Positions 27,701 through 37,183 of a stretch of 64,000 nt of DNA are shown piece after piece. Each line of letters starts with the position of its first letter. Position 1 is the stretch's first letter. Below the pieces are notes generated by a model. That model saw only the letters and a list, made by a program, of their open reading frames with translations. It was not told where the DNA came from and made no database searches. Source of the stretch: Antedon mediterranea (lineage: Eukaryota; Animalia; Echinodermata); contig NC_092678.1 of assembly GCF_964355755.1 (NCBI RefSeq), forward strand, positions 11,654,352 through 11,718,351, in the 5' to 3' direction. Made by a program: the position numbers and the translations under genes.

Positions 27701-30700
27701 GCATATTTTTACACAAATTTGCATAAAATTACCCATTTTTAAGCGCACGAATTTGACGTGCACATGTGTCATTATTTTACATTCATAATTCATAAAAAAG
27801 GAAAGGAACTTATCATAAAAGGTATACATATACCAATCCAACCAAGTGCAAAAACGGCCTGTCTAAGCTGCATACGTGCTAAGTACGCAAAAGCGCGTGC
27901 AACAGGAATTTTTTTTTTTAAATGTGAAATGCTTAAAATTCCCTGAAACGTGTATAAAGTTGATTAGAAATTGATTTTGAGCATTTTTAACTTTCAAAAC
28001 GTGCATATGCGAAAAAAAACCAATGTTTTACTGATGATACAGGAAGATGACCCTTGACATGAAGCATAAGTGTGTCCAAGTTTCATTTGAAAAAGGGTGT
28101 TACATAGTTTTGAATTTAAATAGAAAATTTAGGAATTTCAGAAAATCATGCGTAGTTACTCTACACGACCATATTTTCATTAAACTAAAGTCTGTTGCAC
28201 AACTACATATATACGGGCATCTGCTGGCCAAGTTACAACGTAACTATCGCCGTTTTCCATATCTGCGACCAACAAAAACTGAGCAGAACAAATGATATTT
28301 TTTACAATAACAATAGGCTATCACTCTAACTATAGCCTTACTATAAAAGGAGACAATATATTAAGGCAACACAAAATCGGTCACAGTTACAGTACATATA
28401 GTTTAGAAACATCAATTATCATTTGAATGTTTTACATTGTGTTTTTTTTTCTTATGTCGTTACCTAGTAATTGCCACTTGGCCAGGAAAGGTAGGTTTAC
28501 TATATGCATTGATATTATAATGTTTTATTTTATTTATTAGATTACAATAATAGTCTATTGTATGCCTGACATTAATTATAATAAATGCATTATTTCACAA
28601 TACATATGACATAATTTAGGTCGATATGTGAACATCTGCAATACTTTTTTCATTCAATTTATATCTTCTTCATTATCTAGACCTTAATCTGTCAGCTGAA
28701 ATTATATCGGTTATGTCGACCTGGTTCAACATCATTGATTCATTATATTAAAGTTTATCTAGTTTAATTTTGTTCTTAGCTTGTTTTTTTTTTTAAATGA
28801 ATAAATATATTTTAAATATACTCTGCATTGCACAGAATGTTTTAAAAAGAGACACATTTGTTATGCTATTCAAATCTTAAGGTTCCACATCTCTGGGTAT
28901 GTGACCAAAATTATTATAAATTTCTTTTACTATAATATTCAAAAACTCATTTTTAAAATTTAAAATCAGAAATCCAACTGTTGACGTTTACTGAACGGTT
29001 TTGATCAATGCTATGCTGTTCGTACAATCGTTGTGTAATGCAGTCTACTGTAGACTAAGCCTAATAAATAGCACGTGCATGTTACGATGCGCTGGGCGAT
29101 AGCCTAACTCGTCATCGTGACGAGTTCAAATCTAGTTAGGTTATATGCATGATATGCATATAACCTCTTGATTCTGTCACAATCTTTATTTATTTATTTA
29201 TTTATTTATTTATTCTTTCCTTAGCACTATTTTGTCCGTGAATTATCTTGATATCAGTTTCATCTAGCTAACTCAATTTTTCAGAGTATATTCCTTATGG
29301 CCAGGAATCGGTGTGGTTATGTTTTCACGGTGCGCAATCAAACATTACGCGGTTTACGCGCGATTTAACGAAATCACGTTTGTAATCATATCTTCACAAG
29401 CATGAATCACTTTTAAACAAAATTTGGTAAGTCTCATAAATTTCAGGTCATATTTCATCATATGGCAATACAATTACGTGCGTAGCGCATATAACGCATG
29501 CGTACGCGCGCTTAAAATGTTCAAAATTGTCAGAATTTATTTTCGATCAATTTAGAGTACGTTTCAGGCAATTTTAAGCGTTTACAAAATTGCCATGCGT
29601 GCACAGATTTTGGCACGCGCAATGCGCACTGTTTTTGTCAGATTACTGTTGTATAACCTTTCTTTAATAATATCATCATATTTTATTCACTTTACAACTC
29701 GAAACAGCGTTATACGAGCACGTCAAAAGTGATTAATGGCATATTAAATTTTTTTAAATTAATTTCGACAATCAAACAAATTATAACATTTTCTTAGGCC
29801 GAAATAACAAACTTAACATTAACTTTCTTCCTTAAGAAGTTCATATATTAAAGTTAAAAGTATATAGTTTGACAGTGCATCATTTTTTTTAATTTTTAAA
29901 GATGTCATCATTGTAAAAAATTATAATTCATTGCGGTATGTAATAATCTATTTGCACCAAAGTGGTTACTGCATAGTAAATACACGGAGGAATCTTTCTA
30001 CAACTTTTAGTCAGTTGTGTATGGCTCGGTGGTCTGTGCTTGTGTCTATGGCACTCAAGGTACCGAGATCGAGTCTCACCTTGGGAAACGAAATAAGATA
30101 TCTTTTTATTATCCATATTGTTTGTTCAATTTTACTTTTTAGTGTATAGATTATACACGTAATTTATAATGACATCTATATAAAATGTATTATTAATGTC
30201 TTTATTACTTATGTAACAATGTGGTTTATGACATTATACGCAGAGGGATCTTTGATCGGATTATGATACCGGCTATTGTATTCCCGTTAGCAAGATCCTA
30301 TAATATATTAAAATAATTAAAGATTCTGAGAAAATCAATCAATCAATCAATCAATATACTGTATCTTTTAAAATTTATCTCTATTTAAATCAATGCATAT
30401 AACCTATCATTCGTCATAGTGACGAATTAAATCTAGTTTATTTATTCTTTCCTTACACTTTTTTGTCCTTCAATTATCTTGGCATCAGTTTCATCTAGCT
30501 AAGTCCATTTTTTTTTCAGAGTATATTCCTTATGGCCAGGAATCGATGTGGTTATGTTTTCACGGTGCGCAATCAAAAATTACGCGGTCTACTAGTTCAC
30601 AATTATGTTAATCCTCAATTCAAGATTATGTTAATATCAATCTCATAAAATAATATTAATAATACAATAGTCAGACCTAGAGACAGAGCTTTATTTGATT

Positions 30701-33700
30701 ACTGATAGCTATACAAACTCACACCCATACTTTGTAGTTGACTGTACAATACAAACTGTATGTGTTGGCATCCTTTAATAAAAAGAAGAAATATCCAGCC
30801 CAGGTACCTATGACCCACACATATCAGTTATTAAAAACCTTGCCAGTACACATTCTGGTCATGGTTGATGAACGATTCAAATCCCAGCAACAGCATTTGG
30901 AATTGAGTTTTAAAACCTTTCCATTACAATTATATTTTGATATTAGGTTGGGTAGGGCCGGAGGAGTAATAATTTAATAGCAAAAATTTGTAGAACGGAC
31001 AAATCCAAAGTGGGGACATTTAGACTGTCTAGTTGTTACCTAGTTTGACTTTCTTACAGCTTTACCTTGAACTATTAAACTAAATCTTCAATTTCAACAT
31101 TATTTTTTTCAATCTAAGCAGGTGTAAATTGTATGTTAGAGGCAATAGTGTTTTGAAAGTAAACAGTTATGAATGAATGACAAACCTTCTTAACCTCCAT
31201 ACCATTCATTTCTTCTGAATAGAATTCCTTGATTGTTATTTCAAAAACCAAAGTAAACAAAACTGAATTGAAATTAGAGATAACGTATCTCATCACAAGA
31301 ATATCCAGAGCAGAGGAGAAAATAGGGGTGGTGCTACGATTCTAAGCCAGTTTGTTGAATCCCAATTTACAGAGTCCAATTTGCAGCAAACAATGGAAAT
31401 GACCATACGAAACTCAGATTGCCAACTCTAATAATATTATTTATAGCATAATTAATATAAAGTATATTACTTAGTATTTTCTAATGTCTTTTTTATTCAC
31501 TACCTAAATACTACGTCAAATTTAAGAGTGTACCATAAAGGCCAAAGTGAAACCAACACGTCGTTGCAAGCTACATGTGCATCACAGCATGCGATAAAAC
31601 CATGCTCCTAAAATTCAACATTCTAGATGATTATACTGTATTTTTATTTTTATTTTTTTTATTTTATTTTATTCAATTTTTAGGCACAACAATACATGAG
31701 AATACAGCGGCCTGAGGATTGCCATGAGTGCAAAGCACTATCGAGATGGCTCTCCATATACTGCACTAGAACATATAAGACAAACATATACACAAGATGC
31801 TCTACAAAGACAAAGACTTATTAGTAAGTCTTTGGGAGTGGAGTTGTAAATAGTCCGCTTCACTAGCTCACATAATTTTTTTTTAAATGGTCATTTTCCA
31901 TGACAATACAAATTCAAACATTTTGTTAGCAAGTTTTACAAGATTTCCGTACTTTAACTTGCTTTCTTCTTTCCTAAATTAAAGTTATGGCCGTCATTCA
32001 TCAATGTTGCTATAGTTTTGTGACAGATTTTGCTGTTGTTCGGCGCAAGAATGGAAATGATAAAACAAACTATGAATATTAAATAAACTGTACATTTGTT
32101 AAGTGATGGAATGATTTACAAAGCCCTAGTTACATCCTAGTGGGGACAGTGAATAGTTTGCATGTGTTACATTCTAGTGGGAAGCCTTAAGTAACTAGAC
32201 TGTGAATAGTTTCAGAAAACTCCTATAAATGATGAGATTTTAGGATCCTTTTACACTTGAATATAGGTTGTATGTAGGTGATGTCATATAGTATAGGTTA
32301 ATTCATTATTAAAATGAAATAAAAATGACATCACCATCTTCTAGATCATCATGACTTCATTGGCAGTTTCCTTACAATTAAAGTGTCTTTATTTTAATTT
32401 ATGAGCACTTGGGGATGAATTCTATACCTACTTTCTGCACTATAATAGGCCATGTTTCTGCTGCCAAGTAAATAACATACAGTATATTTCGGTGTATAAG
32501 TTGCACCTGTGTATAAGACGCACCTCCTGACTGAGAGTAAAATATTGGTATTTTTTATATCGTCGATGTATAAGACGCACCTTATATTTCATCAAAACAA
32601 TGTTTTTTTTAAATTGTAATCAATATTATTGTAATAATATATTTTGTTATATCTACAACGGCGTCCTTTATTTAGTGCATGACCGTGTGTGTAACACGCA
32701 CGTGTGTGGGCTAGCCTCACTCGATCATTTCGAGAGGGCGCACGTTTTTTCGATTAGTGTATCTATGTATCCGAGAAGTGTGTATGCTAGGTCCATGCTA
32801 TAATCACCTGGAGAATATACTAGTCGAATACCGTACATGTGGCCGCCAAGAAGGGCTTGCGCTGGGGGTACGGCGGTCGTGCGTATAACTATAAATAAAT
32901 ACTATTCCAATCGTAAACGTTTACAAATGAAATTTTATCGGAGCGCCTAAAACAGCTCCATAATAAACAAATCTTTTCATCATATTTAGTATAACTTCAC
33001 GCTAAAATGCCTTGAAAACTAGGCAGAAGCAGGTTGCCGTTACGTTAGTACACTGTAGCTAGGCCTAGCCTACTCAGGCCTAGACAACGAGGTGACGATA
33101 TGTGTGGGTGAGGCATTTATGTTCGGTGTATAAGACGCAGCCTTAATTTAGAGGTCAAATTTGCGTGTCAAAAGTGCGACTTATACACCGAATATACGGT
33201 ATATGGTATTTTTTAAATAACGTATACAGTATTTTTTGGCAGCGGATACAGCGCTCATAAAAAAAATACCGTATTTTGTATACCGTATTTTCCCGGCCAC
33301 CAAATTTGTGGATAGAATATGGTATACAAACACGACCACCCAAGAAGTTTTTTTTAGCAGAAACGGTGTACTAAACAATATGGTATAAAATATACCATAG
33401 TTTTATACCACGGTATATAAAAAATAAATATATTTTATTGTATTTTATACCGGTATAAAATAAGATATATTTTTTATTTTTTAGTACTCCATATTTTTAT
33501 TACATCGTACAGACACATAGTCTGCTGTGCAGTTTTTAACTGGTTATTTTGCGCTGCCTTTTAACCGGTTACCACAAATTTGTCCTGTTTCTGCTCCCAA
33601 GAAAATTTATTTAAACCGATTTTAACCGGTTATTTTTATGCAGCAGAAACAGGCCCTATAGACACATGGATGTTTAGCACTTCATTTTAAAACTACATGA

Positions 33701-34785
33701 TAATTTTACCTAGAATTAATAGAGTTGCTGCCAAAATAAATCTAATAAATTGCAGATGGCAGGCTGTCACAAATATATCTATATATATCTTGTTACACCA
33801 TGATTGTTCACTAACTCAGGATCAATGGTTTTTGTTCAAATATTTAACAGTTGGTACAATTAAAATATTTGTACAAAGATACCTATGACACAATGCAAGT
33901 AAAGCAGACTATTGGTGTATAACTAAAGAAGGCTTTGGTCCACACAATGTCTTGGCTTGACCTAGGAAAACTTAATCATCTTAATATTAAACAATTTATA
34001 AAAATCAATTAAGGTTGAATGATTAATACAAAAAAAGTTTAAAAAATGGAATATAGCAAGAAATGCTTCAACTACTGGATGTCATGGCTAACAACATGCT
34101 ATGGAATAGCAAGAAATGCTTCAACTACTGGATGTCATGGCTAACAACATGCTATGGCTACATACTCATCATCAAAATTATTAGAATTAATGTATTAATA
34201 TTATTTAGATGGAGGATCAACATTATAATGTACATATGACCAATAATCACGTCAAGTGAAATTAGAATTAAAACTGGACAAAATATGTATGAATTAAAAA
34301 TTATACATAGGTTTTTGCATCAACTCAAATGTCATGGTTAACATTTTTGAAAATTGTGTTTGATGTTAGCAAAACAGTGACTGAATTTTTTCTGTTCTCT
34401 TATTTATTTTTTTGTGATGTGAATAAAGTTGGTATAACATTTTTTTTTCCTTGCGCAGTTTAAAATTTCCTTACCTGTCAACAAGAATTCCTCCAATCAT
34501 TGATCCAACTAAAGTACTAAGAGTTTGAGCAAGAAACACCCAAGCCATAGAGTCTAGTTTTGAGCCTGTTTGACAACCAAGGTCCAACAATGTTGGCCCT
34601 AAGAGAGCAACACACATTCCAAAACTCCAAAAAACACTACAGTATGTTATAGTGGCCTGCAGGTTCCTGCTAAATAGATCTCGAGATGTTATCAATGGAG
34701 GACTTGACGAAGACAAACCTTCTTTCGATGTGTCAGAACCTTCTGTTGAACTGCTGTTCTCCGATTTCTTCTTTCTCTCTGCCAT
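6478..34785 (-). CDS. MFSD4A: MFSD4A-like major facilitator superfamily transporter, 5' part (coding exons 34785-34475, 8247-8052, 6729-6478; gene continues left of the window)
   Basis: Three exons join in frame through GT-AG introns (phase 2, then 0). The product contains RNLQATITYCSVFWSFGMCVALLGPTLLDLGCQT, GIIDTVANVSLLKIYG, LHFCYGLGAFISPIVAEPFL and VRYAFWIMAVIQ. These match vertebrate MFSD4A motifs recalled from memory (RNLQPTLTYWSVFFSFGLCIAFLGPTLLDLRCQT, GCIDTVAN, RVSYAFWIMA). Confidence 0.9.
7011..7845. mobile_element. PIF/Harbinger (Tourist-like) MITE, 835 bp, MFSD4A intron 2
   Basis: 20-bp perfect TIR GGCCCTGTTTCTGCTGCCAA / TTGGCAGCAGAAACAGGGCC; AAA on both flanks (3-bp TSD); subterminal (TATACCGTATA)n repeats. 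Confidence 0.85.
8052..8247 (-). CDS. MFSD4A: MFSD4A-like coding exon 2 (LNPDPLLFISV...VSPFLQ)
   Basis: Acceptor tttcag|A completes the AGA codon from exon 1; donor CAG|GTAAGT; 196 nt. Confidence 0.92.
8341..8625 (+). mobile_element. tRNA-derived SINE with Deu/Nin-like core domain
   Basis: A-box-like GGTGGCCAAGTG and decayed B box, then CTCGGATAAGGACTATAAACCGTAGG...TTAAAGAAC..GAGATGATTAAGGGGTTACC, resembling the Deu-SINE core as recalled; A-rich tail; diverged second copy at ~58740-58985. Confidence 0.6.
10060..10117. repeat. 13-bp tandem repeat ATTGAAAACTACT, ~4.5 copies
   Basis: Directly visible. Confidence 0.9.
13600..14730 (+). mobile_element. Decayed LINE reverse-transcriptase remnant (L2/CR1 group)
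   Basis: Frameshifted/stopped motifs PDEIPQKILKKFA, GKIPAEWK*ANVIPLPK, LRLISLTPTLAKVAE, TDFSKTFDSIDH, ILQWVVNFLTNRQQSV, KLNPSKCQ, YSCSVWNAGLT, LERVQK. Confidence 0.88.
17571..18153 (-). mobile_element. Decayed non-autonomous Helentron/HINE-like element (family D, ACCTCCGCC sub-TIR)
   Basis: Minus-strand 5' TTACCGCCAAGGAGGT followed by (GTTT)n AGCAGGATTAC; 3' GGCGGAGGT-ATGCACTCTCAGATTGGC-TTTTTAG. Same sub-TIR / microsatellite / stem-loop layout as families A-C. Confidence 0.6.
18213..18465. repeat. 23-bp tandem repeat x11
   Basis: Unit ACTCAGCCCCATGGTTAGGCCAG with few substitutions. Confidence 0.95.
19833..21247 (-). mobile_element. Non-autonomous Helentron/HINE-like element A1
   Basis: 5' palindrome AGGTTATATGCAT-ta-ATGCATATAACCT (21218-21245), then (TTTA)n; 3' sub-TIR 19864-19876, hairpin AATTCGTCA-TAG-TGACGAATT, CTAG terminus 19833-19836; no TSD; near-identical inverted copy at 29136-30436. 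Confidence 0.85.
22700..25885 (+). mobile_element. Non-autonomous Helentron/HINE-like element B1 (outer, interrupted by B2)
   Basis: Perfect 32-bp 5' palindrome AGTTATCCGCTTGGTATACCAAGCGGATAACT (22702-22733); 3' sub-TIR GCGGATAACT (25845-25854), hairpin AACTCGTCA-AAG-TGACGAGTT, CTAG end at 25885. Confidence 0.85.
22761..24349 (+). mobile_element. Non-autonomous Helentron/HINE-like element B2 (nested in B1)
   Basis: 5' palindrome GGTTATCCGCAACT-T-AGTTGCaGGATAACC (22763-22792); 3' sub-TIR GCGGATAACC (24308-24317), hairpin GAACTCGTCA-AAG-TGACGAGTTC, CTAG end at 24349; inserted in a T run; body colinear with B1. Confidence 0.85.
25905..26146. mobile_element. pogo/Tc1-mariner-like MITE remnant (related copies ~21570-21732 and ~54200-54426)
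   Basis: Reiterated AATAAACGCC motifs, palindrome AATAAACGCCCCGGGCGTTTATT, terminus ...CGAATGAATACAG|TA. Confidence 0.55.
27446..27625. repeat. 18-bp minisatellite GTGGGTTACTATTAGAAG, ~10 copies, at the end of a probable TA-inserting MITE
   Basis: Directly visible; the array is followed by ...ATTTACGG|TA. Confidence 0.85.
27647..28340 (-). mobile_element. 5' fragment of a HINE-like element, family C
   Basis: Minus-strand start AGGCTATAG..GTGATAGCCT followed by ATTGTTATTGTA and GTTGTGCA, paralleling the 5' region of B1/B2. Confidence 0.55.
29070..29135 (+). mobile_element. 3' terminus of a family C HINE-like element (5' extent unresolved)
   Basis: GTGCATGTTACGATGCGC (as in the B2 end), sub-TIR GCGATAGCCT, hairpin AACTCGTCA-TCG-TGACGAGTT, CAAATCTAG end. 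Confidence 0.75.
29136..30436 (+). mobile_element. Non-autonomous Helentron/HINE-like element A2, followed by a partial third copy (30437-30590)
   Basis: 5' palindrome 29138-29166, (TATT)n, 3' sub-TIR ATGCATATAACCT 30393-30405, hairpin 30409-30427, CTAG end at 30436. ORF-track entries 29931-30149 (+) and 20100-20318 (-) are nearly identical. Confidence 0.87.
31641..31860 (-). mobile_element. Probable 3' end of a LINE/SINE
   Basis: On the minus strand a GC-richer block with the small hairpin AGTGC-TTT-GCACT is followed by an (AAAAT)n/A-rich tail. Confidence 0.4.
32448..33656. mobile_element. Harbinger-like MITE related to 7011-7845, interrupted by a pogo-like MITE
   Basis: Ends GGCCATGTTTCTGCTGCC / GCAGCAGAAACAGGCCC; internal TATACC/GGTATA repeats; TSD not clean. 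Confidence 0.7.
32480..33199. mobile_element. pogo/Tc1-mariner-like MITE, 720 bp
   Basis: TA|CAGTATATTTCGGTGTATAAGTTGCAC ... GTGCGACTTATACACCGAATATACGG|TA; TA TSD; internal GTATAAGACGCA repeats. Confidence 0.82.
34475..34785 (-). CDS. MFSD4A: MFSD4A-like coding exon 1 (MAERKK...IGGILVD, phase 2)
   Basis: ATG at 34785; donor AG|GTAAGG at 34475/34474; first two hydrophobic helices and the LLGPTLLDL motif. Confidence 0.92.
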
Positions 34786-35478
34786 TTCTATGCTTTTATT
34801 TTCTATGTCAAGTAACTAATAACAATAATATAAATATATAGATGTGTGCGTTATCCTTTTAAAAATGAGCCGTTAAAACAGTATCGGATAAGCCAACAAG
34901 GTAAGCACAAAATGAAGGCATATGGTACCGACACTGTGTAACAGGTGTTCCTGGTGTTTAGAAGGTAATCGTTTAGAACCGGGAACCTAATCTCAACAAA
35001 ACCTGCCTGAACACTGTGAAAATCGCTACTGTCATCTCACTGCTTTTTTGATTGTTTTAATATAAGATTAATAATTTATAGGCGAAACCTGCTTAACCGT
35101 TCTGATTACAGGTGCTGTACGGCGTCCAACGGCAAAGAAGTCAGTTTTTCTGTTAAATCTATACGGTCATTTTCACTTCATTAGCAGTCCAACAATATCT
35201 CTTGTTTATCGACTGCACACAACATTGGTGTGAGGTTGGTGTCATTTTGCAAAAGGTATTTCGCACAAAAAACGTATAGGCTATAGTAATAATATAATAA
35301 TAACAAATGCAATCATTTAATAATTTAGGCATAGATGCATCTAAATACAATTAATAGATTATACATTTTCGCTATAAAATAGAAAAAGGGAACTGTATCC
35401 GTGAAATATATAAACTATTGACTACCCCGTTGAATAAAATGGTAGAGTCCCACGAATCCACCAGCGATGATGAGATTT

Positions 35479-35490
35479 GAGATTGGCTGA
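35479..35490 (-). promoter_or_regulatory. Candidate CCAAT (NF-Y) box upstream of the MFSD4A-like ATG
   Basis: TCAGCCAATCTC on the minus strand ~700 bp upstream of the ATG; TSS unknown. Confidence 0.3.
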
Positions 35491-37183
35491 AAATATACCA
35501 TAGTTTTCTATATGTTCATTATAGCGATGTCAAAATGTGTGTAAAATTGCTTTGTGTCTGTTTATTCTTTTATTCTATAATTCTTATTGTAACGTACTTC
35601 AAAGGGACAATTACCATAACATTGAACAGAGGCTCCACATTCTAGGTCTATTTTGGTCTACCATTGAGTTAGTTCTCTATTGGTCTACTGACTCGTGCAG
35701 TTAGTCAAGAATCATTAGTAAGCCTATAGGCCTAAACATTAATAGGTTGCTAGTAGGCCTAAGTTCTAACGAAACCCGTGCAACTACACGAAATACTAAA
35801 TTTAATAATAAATAATAATTTTCTTGATATCATTTTCAAATGAAAATCACTAAAGCGCAGGTCTGAGAAACAGGGTCGCATTTAAAAAGAATCGTTCAAC
35901 ATTCACAGTCTTAGGCCTATAGAACCCTTAGGCCTATAAAACCCTTATAAAAATAATAATTTTAGCTTCACAACAAATTTAATTAATAACGGCTTACTGG
36001 TATTATTATTTTTTTAATTATTTAGAGAAACTGTGTCTTTAAAATTAATATTCTTGACATACAAACAAATACAGTTAGGCTTAAATATATACGAAAAGTT
36101 CCATTCCACAAAGGTGAGTTTCAAAACAGATTATAAATAATCAAAAAATGTTAAATTATCGTTTTAAAAGAATATATTAATCTGCGAACATGATCGGTGA
36201 TATTTTAGATTCGACCGTACGTCTGTCATTTCTATTTTCAATTAAAAATGTTATTTGTTAATCCATATAAAAGGAGGGGATGATTGATTCTTTGAAATTT
36301 AAAAGGATATTTAGAAGCCTAATGATAATAAATTAAAATGATTGCGCCTATCACCAGATAATGATAATATGATGAAAGCCTGGTGTTGAAAAACAGAACA
36401 ATTTGAAAATATTTACGTCAGTGTGAACAATAAGCTCATTAACTATACGTACGTCATCGCAAATGAACGTCTTCACGGTCGCTTGGTATAATCAAAATAT
36501 GAGTAGACAATCATCGTCAGTTACTTGAAATGATTAAATATAGATGGAAATCTCAAGATGGTCGGCTTATCGAATCAGTCATGGTGCCAATACACTAAAC
36601 TGATATTAAAAGGAAAAGGCGCGGATGTTTTTATCCAGGAAATATCCTAACACCTATCTTATATATCTTTATATTTTATGTGATAAATGTAAGTTATTTG
36701 CAAGATGGAAACAATTGTCTGCTATCCGTTGACTGGATAGACTTCGACATATCAGAAGTACTATGTTTAATAATTACTATAATTATTAATAATTACTATA
36801 ATTATTATTTTTATTCATAATTAATAATTGTAAGCTTTTCCTAATTTGATACCAAGACATGCGATTTACTTCTGAATAAGATGGTGTTTAAGTGCTACAC
36901 AAGCAGATGAGATGGCGTTTACAGTAGTGCTATATACCAAGATATGTGATTTACTTCTCAATCAAGTAATATTAGGATGGTGAATAAGATGGTGTTTAGG
37001 TGCTACACAAGAAGATGAGATGATGTTTACGGTGGTGCTATACCAAGATACCAGATGTGCTCCTCAATCAGGCAATAGGATGGTGTTAGTGTTACAGAAC
37101 AAAGATGACAAGTTACAGTGGTGCTATCCGAGATGGTACTACACCTTTTGAAATAGTGTTTATACGGTTACATCATCATTGCT

